Shown one piece after another: positions 1 through 15,028 of a stretch of DNA of 64,000 nucleotides; position 1 is the first letter of the stretch; the number at the start of each line of letters is the position of its first letter. Under the pieces are notes generated by a model, which worked only from the letters and a program-made list of their open reading frames with translations, had not been told where the DNA came from and did no database searches. A program made the translations under genes and the position numbers. Source of the DNA: the human T2T-CHM13v2.0 reference genome, Homo sapiens. The stretch lies in assembly GCF_009914755.1 (NCBI RefSeq), contig NC_060927.1. One strand, given 5' to 3'.

Positions 1-281
1 TCACGAGGCCATATCAGAACATGAATACTTGGCTTAATCTGTGCTTTTGTGTCAGATCATATGTTTCAACTAGTTCAACATCACATTGCCAGCAGAGGTC
101 TTCAGCAAGTACATTCTAGTGATCAATCAGAGTACTTGGCAGAAGAGTCATCTTTGTCATAGAATTTCCAAAGCAAAGTCCAAACGACTCTGCCATTGGT
201 TATTAAATGACACCACATGCTTTTTCCAAACTTACCTTTTGAATGCAAGCGAAATAAAGAAAGGACTTAAGAAATCTTTCA

Positions 282-314
282 GTGCTCACTTTGGCAGAAC
301 ATATACTAAAACTG
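282..314 (+). pseudogene. 3'-truncated U6 snRNA fragment
   Basis: GTGCTCACTTTGGCAGAACATATACTAAAACTG versus the U6 5' end GTGCTCGCTTCGGCAGCACATATACTAAAATTG (4 mismatches in 33 nt). Confidence 0.75.
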
Positions 315-1317
315 TACCATGAAGCACTCTATATTTTTAAAAATTAAAATTAAAAAGAAGAAAACAAAAATGACACAAAATGGGAATCTTTTAGCTCTTT
401 CTTTCACCTGGGTAATCATATTCAAATAGTTAATCTATCACTTTATTCATTTGTAGAGAAAAATTCTCTTTCAAAAGGTGGCATCAAGACCAGCTAAACA
501 TGGTGGGAAGACACTGAAAAATAAGAGCTCCCCAAATGACAAATGCTAAAGACGTTGATCACCGAGATGCTAACTGGCTTCCCCAAATAACCTAACACTT
601 CAAGGACTGCACGTTTATTATGTGCCTTGGCCGCATCCCTTCCATCATCACTAATGAACCTCTCAGGGACCTGCTTGACCACATTCCCATCATCTATACC
701 AAATTAAAGACAAACACCGCATTGGAAATTCAAAGTATTTACCTCCCTTGGGAGTTGTTTAATCAAGTTTCATTTGGAGTATATTCCTAACTCTATTGTA
801 ATAAAAAACAATTGAGTTAATAGCGTGTTGCATTTGGGAGGATGATTCAGTATTTGTCTGAAAAGTGGTGGTGCTTTTTTGTTGTTGTTGTAGTTGTTGT
901 TGTTGTTGTTTAAATACTGAAAATAAGAAAAAAGATTTGGCAGAGGCCCAGCTCTTGAAGTTATTGTATCATTCTAACCATTAAATATAAAAAGTCTAAT
1001 ATATGTTTCTTCTTATTATTTTTGTCAAATATGTGACTCCTGAAATTTCTTTCATTAGCCTTAACTGTATTAATTTTATCACAGCTACAAAAGCAGAAAG
1101 AAAATCATGCTACAATTTCTACTTCACTCAGGTGGTTGTTCTACAGTTCATATGTAGAGTTAAGAAAACATATATTAAAAATTTAAAGTATTCACCTGAA
1201 GGGTGTAATTTTCATAAGGAAATCAACAAACCAAATAACAATTTACCATAGGGACTATAATAAGGGGAAAAACAGTACGCTTCAATTTTGCTTTAAAAAA
1301 ATTCTGTTGACAATTTC

Positions 1318-1320
<3 letters not shown>

Positions 1321-1357
<37 letters not shown>
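1321..1357 (+). repeat. (CA)n microsatellite
   Basis: About 18 CA units. Confidence 0.95.
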
Positions 1358-1360
<3 letters not shown>

Positions 1361-2648
1361 AACACACCTTCTCAGGTACCCACAGCTCCTCTCACATGTA
1401 CATTCCCTCACACATAAGAACTCTTATTTACCCTTACACATTCACAAACCCATACATGCCCACACACACCCTCAAATACCACACATCCTATTATAAAAGG
1501 GTCTCAAAAGAGGAAAATCCAATAGAGAGGTGTTAGCTATGAGGGGGGAGTTTCTATACGTATTGCTAGAAATTCTTCAAAAGGGAAGATGTGCCCTTCT
1601 CTCCCACTTATTTATTTATTCTATCATTTACTTACATCAGCATGGGTGTATAAACATTTATTCTTCAGGTTATAACCCAATACTATAGTTATTTATTTTG
1701 TTGCTCAAATTGTTCCAACTTATATTCATATACAGGACAAAGAATTATTGCTGCACAACAGGGAAGGGTCACACAAGATGCTCCTAAGTTAATATTAATA
1801 TTCAGCTGAGTGGTAGGTACTTGGGTGTTTGATTGTTAATATTCAAATTGTATGTATATGCATACATCATAGTCATTATTTTGTATATATTTACAATAAC
1901 AAAATTACCTCCCCAAAATGAAGTAGACATAATTTTTCTCCTAATGGGCTGGTAAAAAGAAATATCTGTTAATATTAAGTGTAGGCAAAAATATGGGCAG
2001 ATGGGCAATAAAAGTATGAATTGTAATTTTATTCTGCAGGGCATTTTGGCAGCATCTGAAAAACTCGAATTGGGCATTTCTATGAACTGTAACTTCACTG
2101 CTCAGGACTCACCTGGGGGAAGCACCTAAGGAGGCAATGTGCAAATGTCTTCAGCGCAGCAAATCTTAAAGCAGCCAAAAACTGAGAATAGGTTAGGTGA
2201 CATTAATTAAGGCACTGACTAAACTATGATCCAGCCATACTAACAAATATTATGAAAGACAAAAAAAAGTGATGTGAAACCATTTATGGTTCACATGAGC
2301 AGATCTTCAACACAGTGTTCTGTGAAGAGGCAACTTGCAGAACAAATATAGATCCCATAGAGATGTTTGTGTGTATTTTTTATTTGCTCTAAATTATGTC
2401 CAAAAAATAATTGGCTGTTTCAAAAAGCCTTTAAAAATTGTTCCACTTTGGTCATGGGGAGCTCTTTGAGGTTGGCTCCTGTCTCCTCTCTGCAAACTGG
2501 CCTGAGGACTAGATTCGGCTCCTTGGGACGGGGATAGTGTCTTATTTGACTTTGCAGAATGGAAAAAAATGCCTTATTCATAGATGTCAGTGGGCTAGAA
2601 ATTAAAAATCCAAATTATTCTTCTAACATAACAAATACTCTTTTTAAA

Positions 2649-2974
<326 letters not shown>

Positions 2975-3766
2975 TAACATAGCAAATACTCTTGGGTGTA
3001 AGGTTGCACCACAAGCACCTCTCTCTAGGACAGTACGTTTCACATATAGAGTGTGTAATGGGTTCTAAACCATGTCCTGTTATATGATGCCATTTCATCT
3101 CTACCACCACCCTGTACAGCTGATGTTCAAAATATTTGGCAACCAGTATTAGTGTGAGCATCACGACCAATCAGAACCTACGTTGGCCTTGGCAGTGGAG
3201 CAAGATCTTAGCAGCTCCTGGCAGGGCCAGGTTTCTACTTAGCTGCTGGAGAGGACCAGATCTGGGGTTTCTGAGAAGTGAGGAAGGGTGGCTGGGGAAG
3301 TTAGTAGAGGGCGTGCTGGGACATAGCAGTGCATACGGACTGGAAATGTTCACTGTTTGTAAAACAAGGATTATTGTATCCATTTTATAAGTTGAGATCA
3401 AACAATGTGCCCAAGAGAGCAGAGTTGGAGCTAAACTAGATTTTCTAGCAGTGTTCTCTTCACAACAGCTTGAGTTTTGGAAATTAAGGAAATGAATTTG
3501 AATTTTGAAATTACCCCAGACTTAGAAGTACCTTCTACTTATTCTCAGAATTCCATCTCATGGTATTACATGACACATTATTGCATTTGAATTCTAAACC
3601 AACAATGCTCAAATTGACCCCTGACACTTTGACGAGACTTTCTGTTTATAGTGGGAAGAAAAGACACTTGTTTTCCCTTGTGTTTTTTATCAAGTATGAA
3701 AGTGCATTTTCCTGTTTTCCAATCTAAGACTCCATCCTTTTGCAGCAATGCTCTGCTCCAAGTTAA

Positions 3767-4104
<338 letters not shown>

Positions 4105-7100
4105 TTTCATCTCCTTAATCTGCTTCATTTGGCCTCCTGTTGGCCTGCGCTACTGGATGGATTCTCATTGGATTGTACATTTTAAATCCTTCATTTCTTC
4201 CTTCACTCTCTAGAACAGACCCTCATTCCTGGGGAGAGGTGCAGGTTTGCATTTTCTGCCTTCCAATAAGAGTGTCAAGTTGAGGCATGCACCTGTGTAA
4301 ATGTGTATGGAGAGGGGGTGGGCGGGTAGATTTGTATGTCGGGTGGGGGGACTGTGGATTGTGGAATCAACTTTTCTTTTTGCTAACTTATTCAAAACCC
4401 CAGAACTCCTCACTTTGAACATGTGCAATTAAAACATAAACAAAATACCTTAGCAGGTATTTGTACAGGAATACAGTCTTACTCATCACTCTATGTGAGA
4501 ATTGGATATGTACTTGTTTCGACATAATAGCAAGATCACAGCAGTACATTGGATTGTAGTTAGGGCATCCAGTAAAAATAAACAATATTGTTTTTCTGTA
4601 CATTTTATGTGGAGGTGGAGGTAGATGGTAATAGTGTTTACTTTTGGTGGCTGTGATTATTCAGTTTTTTTAATGATAGGAATTATACATGAGCCTCAAA
4701 TAATAGTGCTCATGTGGAGACTGGGAACTCTGTATTGATATTGTGTTTATTTTAAACAAGAGAAGGTCTTTGAATCCTTATAGAAGTATGGTGAGGCCTT
4801 TTCTATTAAAAAAGTAACTCGAACTGAATCAACTGCCATGAACTAAAATGGTTATGCTTTGTAATAATATTATTCTCTTAATGGAGAATCTCATGAACGT
4901 TTAAATATACCTCCTGGCCGAGATTCACAGACCTTCCATAGCCTGACTCCCTCCTTCCGTAGCCTATCTTCCACAAGACCTTCCTGACTCCCTCCTTCCG
5001 TAGCCTATCCACCACTGTCCTCATTGTCTACTAGAGCTGTCAATCCCTGGGCCGCCTGCCCCCAGCTCTTATAATAGGGACAGAGCCACTGAAGGTGCAA
5101 TCCTCACAGAAGATGAGGCAATAGGCAACCCTGTGTAAAGACAGAATATTTAATTTCTGAGCCTCAAGTTCACCAACTTTAAAATGGAGATGATAATAAC
5201 ACACCACTTATCAGGTTATTTTGTGAATTAAGTGAGATAATAGATTAAAGGTCCCTCACAGGAGAGTTAATGCTCAATCTCAGCTACCATTGGTGTGTTC
5301 AGTCCTTTCTTAAGTAAGGGACCATGAGGGATTGGATCCATGAGAGAGGGAAACCAATCAACAGACTAACTAGCATTTTATGCCAAGAATGACATAACTT
5401 AATAAGCTCTTTCAGAAATTTGACTGGAAAATACTAAGAGAAAAAGGCTTATTATTACTTATTATTTACTTTCTATTACTTATAGAAGCTGAAGCCGAAA
5501 CATCACGACATTGAAGAGAGGCACACTGGGAAACTGTAATGAATCACAGGTGAGCTCAATTTTTAGGTCTCTGTGACCTCTGCTGTCTGCGAACATATAT
5601 TGGATTATCCAATTTACTCATTTATTACATAGATTTGCTACTGTGGACTTTTGAATGTGTGCATGTTAATTTCTTGTCCCTGTATTAGTTAGGGTTCAGA
5701 TAAGACAACTGCCATGACTCCTAGTACCGACCCTAGTACTGCAGAGAGAGAGAGGTATAAGTTACGAAAGCCCAGGATTTGGGGCCATCTGCTGGAAGCT
5801 GGAATCCTAATGGGTTGTCAGGCAGGAACTGGGATCAGGAAGAGGGGGGCTGTCCTGTAGAAATGGTGCTACAGAGTAGAAATGGCTTCTACCGCATGAA
5901 GCAGGGTGGGGGAGATGTCCTCTGGCTTCTGGCCTCCACTTTTCTTTCAGTCTTGTACCAGTGCCTCCTATTGGTTAAATCACCTGGAAGCCCGAGGGCA
6001 ACAGAGCCTGAGGAATGTGGTTCCCTAAGGACTGAGGCAGAGAGCAAAAAGGCACATGACTAGCAAGGCCCACCCATGTAACTGCTCAGGGGTAAATACT
6101 ATGTCATTTACTGGGTGTTTCCTTTCTGTAGATGGTTGTTTTCATCATAGACATGTATTATTGCTTCTGGAGTATGATTCTCTCTCTGAAGAGCTGTGAG
6201 AAGAGGAGCACTGGAACTCCATAGTCAAATTCAAGAGAACAGACTTAGAAGTATAAAGGGTATTTTTAAACTCATAGAACTCTGTAGCTTGTGTCTAATG
6301 TTTTCCAGCTACAACCTGATGACTCAGAAGATTTTGTGTGTGTGTGCTTTTGTTTCAGCAAATCTTGATTATCAATGTGATCAGCCTTCTCTCCGGGATC
6401 TGCGGGGAATGATTAGCAGGAGGCTAGCTGTGAACTGATGTAGATAATTTTGCACTTGAAAGGGATTCATGTTACATCCTTAATCTCAAGGATATTTTAA
6501 GTTAGCATTTAAATAAATGTTTACACACAACCCGTGGTGGTGATGGATTCTGAATTTTGGATAATATTTTATGTAATTGTTTTACTACCTTCCCAGTCAC
6601 TCTGAGGTGCATGTGTGTAACTGCATCTCAATTAAAATATCAAAGCAATTGAAAATCAGGGGCAGCCCTTACATTGTAAAAGCTAATTTTAGCTCATCTT
6701 TGCAGTGTCAGAAATTTTATCTGCTTGTAGAGGATCACTGGGTGACACAGGTCTTGCCATTTCCATTGCTTCATAGCAGAGAGGTGGATTTCAGTAAGAC
6801 TGGCTATTAACATCCTGCTATAGCTGGACACCAACTAGTAAAGTGAGCTATACTTCTTCACCAACTGGAAACTCTACAGGAACTCCTTCCAAGCCTGGTT
6901 TTAACTCGTCCTGACACTCCATTTGTTCATGCTTTGCCTCAAGGAGTTCACCCACGATGTATTTATTTTTAAACCAATCTTTGCAAGAGCTATCACCTTA
7001 CCGACAAACAAATCAAAGACTTACTGGATGTTGGGCTGAAAATATCCCTGATGTCCATGGGGTCTGGGATTACATAGCCAGGAATTCTATTGTTTGTAAC

Positions 7101-7719
7101 ATAATGCTGCATTTCACACATTTGTCTCCTGAAGTCACCCCTTGTTTGTAAAAATATTATTCTTCCTGCCATTTTTAGATGGAATCAACAGACATATGAA
7201 TGTAGGTCTGGCCTGTTTCAGAAGACAGTGAAGAGGTCCTCTCATTGTCCACACTTCTTATCTCACTACCAGTTCCTGAATATGGGGCCCATGTCTTGTC
7301 TTTCACTCCCTTTAGTGTGTCAGACATGGAAAGCTGGGTATTGGTGGAGTATCTGCAAGGCTCATGTTAACCCTCTTCCTCTGAGAATTACCCCTCTCCG
7401 TACACACAAGGAGTGGACCCTAGACAGCCATGTGTATACACCTTGCCTTCATCCCACATTAATTGGACCAGAGCAGTCAGTTACATGACCCATTCAGCAC
7501 CAATTAGTTTCTCTCTCCCTAGAATTTGGACCTGAGTAACTTCTGTTCAGTGTGGTTTGGAGCCTTGAACCAACGAGACGTTACCCGGGGAGATGTAAGT
7601 AGTTATTTTGGCCAAAGGCATGAAGTTCAAGACAAATTAAATGTAAAGAGAGGAAAGAATAAACCAGATATGGAGACAAAAGCCAAAGAAAAGAGGTGAG
7701 AGTATTGCCCGGTGAATTC

Positions 7720-8027
7720 ATTATCTATTGCTGTATAACAAATTACCTAAGATGTAGCAGCTTTAAACAACACATATTTGTTACCTTACACAGTTTCTGA
7801 GGGTCAGGAATCTGGGACTGGCTTAGCTGGGTATTTTGGCTCAGGGTCTCTCACGAGTTTGCAGTCGGGATGTGAGCCTGGGCTGGAGAATGCACTTCCA
7901 ATCTCACTCGTGTGGCTGTTGGCAGGAGACTTCAGTTCCTTGCCACATGACCACCTCCATAGAGCGGCTTACCTGACATGACAGCTAGCTTCTTCAGAGT
8001 TGAGAGAGAGTAACCAAGATAGTGGCC
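7720..8027. mobile_element. MLT1-type MaLR LTR fragment
   Basis: TTATCTATTGCTGTATAACAAATTACC...GGGTCAGGAATCTGGG...GCTTAGCTGGG. Confidence 0.7.
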
Positions 8028-8886
8028 ATGATATTGTGAAATGTATGTTTGGTCTTCATCTCCATTTTCATAGGTTCAGGAGGCATACAACTCCTAAAAT
8101 CCTTAGAATTTCCAAAATAATGTCTTTGTCTATGCTAACGAGTTGACTAGTGGATGGCAACCCCTGGGTAGCTTCAGGATGTGGGTTGATCACAAGAAAG
8201 ACCAAGGCAGGATTAGAGGGTGGGAAATTTCAGCCCATCCCCAACCTCTGGGGAGGAGAGAGGGGAAGAAGATTAAGTTGATCACCAGTGGCCAAAGCTT
8301 TAATCAATCATGCCTATGTAATGAACCTTCCATAAAAACCAGAAGGGCTGTGTTCAGAGAGCTTCTAGAGAGCTAAACACATGGAGATTCCTGGAGGATG
8401 GAGCACCCAGAGAGGGCAAAGAAGCTCTGCACCTCTTCCCCTATACCTCACACCATGCAGCTCTTCATTTGTATCCTTTAAAATATGCTTTAAACTGATA
8501 AACACAAGTAAGTATTTCCTTGAGTTCTGTGAGGTGCTCTAGCAAATCAATTGAACTCAAGGAGCGGGCTGTGGGAACCCCAATTTATAACTGGTCAGTC
8601 AGAAACACAGGTAAAACAACCTGGGGCTTACCATTGGTACCTGAAGTTGGGGACTGAGCTCTCCACCTACAGGATCTGATGCTATCTCCAGGTGATAGTA
8701 TCAGAACTGAATTGAATTAGAGCACACCCAGTTGGTGTCCACTGAATAATTCATTGGTTGTTGATGGGGAAAAATCTCCACACACTTCTTGGTGACCAGA
8801 CCAGAGGTCACAGAATTCTTTGTGTTGATTGTTGGAGAGTGAGAGAATACAAAAACACTTTGGTTTGTTTTTTTCATACATCAACA
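8028..8886. mobile_element. MER21-type LTR
   Basis: TGATATTGTGAAATGTATGTTTGGTCTTC terminus and internal sequence resembling MER21. Confidence 0.65.
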
Positions 8887-9217
8887 GAGTGCTATAGCTT
8901 AATTTTTCTCCTCTTGGGTGTGATCTGGCCTAAGTGACCTCTATTCCAAAGAACAGACTATGGAAAGAAGAAAAACAGTAATTATACAGGGGAGAAATCT
9001 GGCAGACCCCACCTCAATCAATCAACTAAGGTTAACATCACCAGGGAGTGATAAGTCAGGTGGATATTATGTACCTCTGATATATAGGGATAAGAAAGGA
9101 ACCTTGCCTTGTGGTATTCTTCCCCAAATCCATAATCCTAGACTAATTCCAAGAAAACAGCAGGCAAACCCGAATTGAGGGACTTTCTGTAAAATACCTG
9201 ACACATACTCTTCAAAA

Positions 9218-9514
<297 letters not shown>

Positions 9515-9534
9515 AAAACTTTTAAAGTTACTAA

Positions 9535-9714
9535 AAAGAGAGAGAAAAAAGAGAGGGGCAGAGACAGAGAGAAAGAGAGAGAGAGGAAGGAAGGAAGGAC
9601 GGAAGGAAAAAAGGAAGGAAGGAGGAAGGGAGGGAGAGAGGAAGGAAGAAAAAAAAGAAAGAAAGAAAAGAAAAGAGAAGAAAGAAAGAAAGAGGGAGAG
9701 GGAGGGAGGGAGAG

Positions 9715-9789
<75 letters not shown>

Positions 9790-9862
9790 AAAGAAAAGAA
9801 AAAGAGAAAGAAAGAAAGAGGGAGAGGGAGGGAGGGAAAGAGAGAGAAAAGAAAAGAGAAAA
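9535..9862 (+). repeat. Compound polypurine STR: (GAAA)n, (GGAA)n, (GA)n
   Basis: About 330 bp of almost pure A/G with a long perfect (GAAA)n run at about 9716-9790. Confidence 0.95.
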
Positions 9863-10721
9863 GACCTAGAAACTGTCATAGACTTTTGGAGATTAAGGAT
9901 ACTTGATGAATAAATGCAATATGGTACCCTGATTTAGATCCTGGAACAGAAAAAGGAAATCAGTGAAAAAACTGGAGAAATCTGAATAAAGTCTGGGGTT
10001 TCATTAATAGTGTTGTTTCAGTGTTAATTTATCATTTTTGACAAATGTACTCTGGCTGTATTAATATTTGGGAAGCTGAGTTAAACGGATATGTATCTCT
10101 AAATATGTAAAAATGAAATCTCTTAATCAGTGGCTTAAAATAAAGGTTTATTTCTTGTGTATGCTCCATGTTCATCATGGTTTGATGGGGGAGGGGGCTC
10201 TGTTCCATGTCATCCTTACTCAGGGACCCAGGCTGTAAGGAGTTTCCAGCATCAGTGATTGTGGTGGATGAGGGAGGAGAATGTGATGGATCGCACGTTG
10301 GCTCTTGAAGGCTTCTGCCTGGATGTGACATGCATTGCACATTCGCATTTTCACATGCCATTCATATTCCTTGGTCAAAGCAAGACGCATAGCCAGGCCT
10401 ACCTTAAAGGTGTGGGAAGTTCTGTTTTACCATGTGCCTGAAAGGAAATATTGCTGAACAGGCCTGATGGTCACTGTGATAAAGAATCCATGGCAGAGTG
10501 CCACCAGAGAGTGGCATTGCCCTTCTGTCTCCTCTTCCCTTTCTTTCTCTTTCTTTTTAACTTCTTCCCTTTTTCATTCTTTTTTCTCTTTTCCCTCCTT
10601 CCTTTTCCTTAATTTAAAAAATCATTTCTAATTGCAGAAATGATATATCTGAACTGCAAAAAATTTAGTAACACTGAAGTATTAAAAAATTGCCAATTTC
10701 TCTTTTCCTGCCAGCCTACTC

Positions 10722-11121
<400 letters not shown>

Positions 11122-12651
11122 TCACATTCCAGTCATATTCATTTTCAAATCACAAAAATTACAAAAATAGGACCATATAGTACAAAGTATTTTTCAACTT
11201 GCTTTTTAATTTGGCAGTATATCTTGAATATTTCTTCTTGCTTTTAAGTCAGGAAACAATAACAACAACAATAAAACATTAACAACAACCATTTATTGAA
11301 CACCTATTGTGTGCTCCTTGCTGCTTTAGGGAGGAGGTATTTACTGCTAACCAAGACAGAGTCTCTGCCCTCATGAATTCTCTATTCTAGTAAGGAGATG
11401 TTTGTGTCTGGTCCCTCCTTTATGACAAACAGTTGTGAGACCTGAGTGAAATTTTTTGGTAATACTAGCGTCTGTGCTTGTGTTTTTATTTTTAAGAACA
11501 AGGAAAAATCAGGGAGTAGGCCTTATGTTTTAACTGCACCTGTGGGTCCAATTCTAACTGTATTCGTATTTTGGTTGTTGTTGTTCAAACTGCAGTTGCT
11601 GACTCTTATTAACTTACATAAGAAGAAGGAATTAATTTGAAGAATATTGAGTTCAGAAGGAATAGTTCAGAAGGAATAGTTGAACAATCATGTCTGGGGA
11701 AGGGTAGGAACTAGGGGTCCTTGGAGGGTCTCTGTAGCAGGAACTCTCAGGTCAATTTGGTAGGGTGCTGCTCTTGGATGACTCAGCTCCAACAGCCTTT
11801 TCTCCCAGGGTTTCTTAGTGGGAGGTCCAGTTCGCTGAGATAGCAAGGTTTATCGGTCTAGCTTAAGTCAGCAGCTTACTACTCTGACCAGAAGGAGTTG
11901 GGTAATATTGATGGACAGACTTACCAATACCACCTGGGATGGGGGCTGGGCAGTTCCCCACAGGCAAAGGGAGGTGCTCTTGGGAGAAGAAGGGAAGAAG
12001 AAATAAAAGCTGAACCAATCAAAAACTGGTGTTCAGTGCACTAATTTCCTCCTTTCTCTGCCTGTTCCCATCTTTCTCTCTTACTTTCAATATTCTCAAT
12101 TATGAGAATATCCTCATAATTTTCTCAATTTTTCTGCATTTCTTCTGCTTATCAACATCTTGACTTTGGCAGTCTGACAGGCTTTGTTGAATTGTGCTAG
12201 TGGGGTATAAGTGCCTGAGGGTTTCTAATCTCTTCTCTGATGCCTCTAAAGGAATGCCTTCTGAGTTGCAGCACATTTGTCTATTTTTAAACATGTGGAG
12301 ACTCAATGATATCTCAGTGCTTTGTGCCTTTCATGTTTTCTAAATAGCAAAATTGAAAACTCCTAAATTTACTTATAGCACTGTTTATAGTGGTGAAAAT
12401 TGGAAACAAGCAAGATGATCAAGAGGGATTGGTTAGATAAATCATCCTGTGTCTTCCACAACCATATCATCCAGTGACTCAACTCTTTTTTCCTTTGATT
12501 ATAGAACCCTAGAAGAATCCAAGGAGATAGGAGCTCCCTTTCTAGAAAAATCCACATGTATTTTGCATTAAAGTTTTCATAAATGTTTTGAATATTTGCA
12601 AAAGTACTAACTTTACCTATAAATCCAGGAGTGGTTCATAATCATTTTATA

Positions 12652-13840
12652 TAAGGGGACTTCAAAAAGTTAATGAAAAATGGAATTAAAATATAAAAAT
12701 AAGAAACACAAACTTTATTTTCCAACACAACCTCCATTAAGATCAAGACACTTTCATTAACAATGATATCAGCCATTTAGCCCATCACTAAAGAACTGGG
12801 GGTCTTGGGAATTTATTCATGACAATACAGTCTTTTTTACATTATTAACTGAAGAAAAATAGGTGCCATTTACAGATTTTTTTTTTAAAGATCAGGAAAC
12901 AAAAATAAGTCAAGGAGGAAAGAGCCAAATCAGGACTGTAAGGTGGCTGCCTCATATTTTCCCTTTGAAACACTTGCAAAATTGCCCTTGTTTGATGAGA
13001 GAAATGAGCAGGAGCACTGTCATGGTGGACACTCTGGTGAAATTTTCCTGAGTGTTTTTCTTCTAAAGCTTTCACAAAACTTTCTCAAAACACTCTCAAA
13101 GAACAATAGCTCTTTTGCCCTCTAGAAAGTCAACAAGTACGATGCCTCAAACACCCCAAAACACTGTTGCCATGACCTTTGCTCTTGAGTAATCTGCCTT
13201 TGCTTTGACTGTACCACTTCCACCTCTTGGTAGTCATTGCGTTGATTGTGCTTTGTCTCCAGGATCATAGTGGTACTCATCTGGGTACAATGGTTTGGGC
13301 ACCAATCAAATGGAAAGCTTGCTCAACTTTAATTTTTTAGTCAGAATAGTGTATGCTGAACCAATTGAGATGTCTGTGGTTTTCTGTTGCTTCTGCTGGT
13401 AATCGTCAGTTCTCTTAAATTAGGGCATGAACAAGATTAATTTTTTTCCTTGAAAATTGATGTGGATGGTCTGCTGCTGCAGGCTTCATCTTCAGCATTG
13501 TCTCTTCTCCTCTGATAATGAGTTATCTATTTGTAAACTGCTGATTTCTTTGGGGTGTTGTTCCCATAACTTTTCATAAAGCATCAGTGATTTCATCATT
13601 CTTTCACCCAAAGTTTACCATAAATTTGATGTTTGTTCTTGCTTCAGTTTTAGCAGAATTCATCTTGCTGTGATAGGAACTCTTTTCCAACTGTCTTATC
13701 TTTCTTAGTGCCTCAAACTAGATCCCATTCAGATATGCTATGACAAGTTAGTACGAGTTTATTTTGGTGCAAAATAACTTTGAAATCCACGCATTTTTTT
13801 CATAATACATATTTTCTGTGGACTTTCTGAAGTCCCTTCA
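12652..13840 (-). mobile_element. Hsmar2 mariner DNA transposon, near full length, transposase pseudogene
   Basis: About 30-bp TIRs (TAAGGGGACTTCAAAAAGTTAATGAAAAAT and ATTTTCTGTGGACTTTCTGAAGTCCCTTCA) with TA on both sides. The minus-strand frame starts MNSAKTEARTNIKFMV at 13663 and contains HHDSAPAH and PPYSPDLA motifs, with in-frame stops. Confidence 0.92.
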
Positions 13841-14717
13841 TATGCTCTTGATGTAACGAAATACTCTGTAGGCATGATCATTAAATATTTTTAATATAAA
13901 AATCTGTTCAAAATATATTATCTGAAGAAAAACAGGTTACAAAACAATGCATATAGTATTGACTCTTACTTTGAAAAGAACAGTTCGTGTATGTGTGCAC
14001 GTGTGTATCTATATATGTGTGTGTGTATATATACGTGTGTGTGTGTATGTATAGTTACATTAAGAATAAATTTGGACAACTGTCCAAAAAATACTAAAGT
14101 CATTTCTTTCTGGTGGGTCAATTATAAATAATTTTTTCTTCTTGTTTATTGTAGTATTTTCTAGTACTTCTAAAATTAACATGTTTTATTTGTGAAACTG
14201 AAAAATAGATGGTAATAAAGAGTGGTACAGTAAACAGGTGCCCTAGGCACTAATTGCTCAGCCTTTTAAAATAAAACTATTGAGATATGATTGACACATA
14301 AAAAGCTATATATACTTAATGCATACAATCTGATGAGTTTGGAGATAAATATACACCTGTTGTCCAGCCTTTTTATGCTGTCTGGTTTTTATGGCTCTTT
14401 GACTGGTGGTAGAAATAATTTAGTAGTTAAAAGAAGATCCTATAGCAAGCACTAAAGAGAATCCTAAGGTTTAAGTCTATAGTTGATCACTTCTTCTCAC
14501 CGTAATCATTGCCATTTTTATTACTGACCTAAACGACATATTAAAAAATTGCCGTTCCTCCCCTGCCCCCGCTTTCAAAAGCCACATGCATGCATTGTAA
14601 AAAAATCAAACATTACAAAAAAGTACAACTTTGAAAGTGAAATTTCTTTATAATTCCTCCTCAGCCCCAATAGTAGCTCTTAATGGTTTAATCCATATAC
14701 ACCATTGCACACACAAG

Positions 14718-15028
14718 TTTTTTGATTTTTGTTTTTGTTTTTAAACAGGGTCTTGCTCTGTCATCCAGGCTGGAATGCAGTGCAGTAGCATGTTTAAGCC
14801 TCAGTGCAGCCTCGACTTCCTGGGTTCAAGTGATCCTCCCACCTCGACCTCCAGAGTAGCTGGGACTACAGACACATGCCACCACGCCTGTCTAGTTTTT
14901 GTATTTTTTGTAGAGACAGAGTTTTGCCATGTTGCCCGGGCTGGTCTCGAACTCCTGAACTCAAGCAATCTGCCCACCTCAGCCTCCCAAAATGCTAGGA
15001 TTACAGGTATGAACCACTGTGCCCAGCT
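14718..15028 (-). mobile_element. AluJ-like
   Basis: Diverged antisense Alu dimer with J-type sequence. Confidence 0.88.

Noticed and set aside
11650-11681. 14-bp tandem duplication AGTTCAGAAGGAAT x2
   Set aside because: Ordinary slippage event with nothing to suggest function.
12845-13075. Mariner transposase ORF as an active or domesticated gene
   Set aside because: Fragment only; the N-terminal frame has stop codons and frameshifts.
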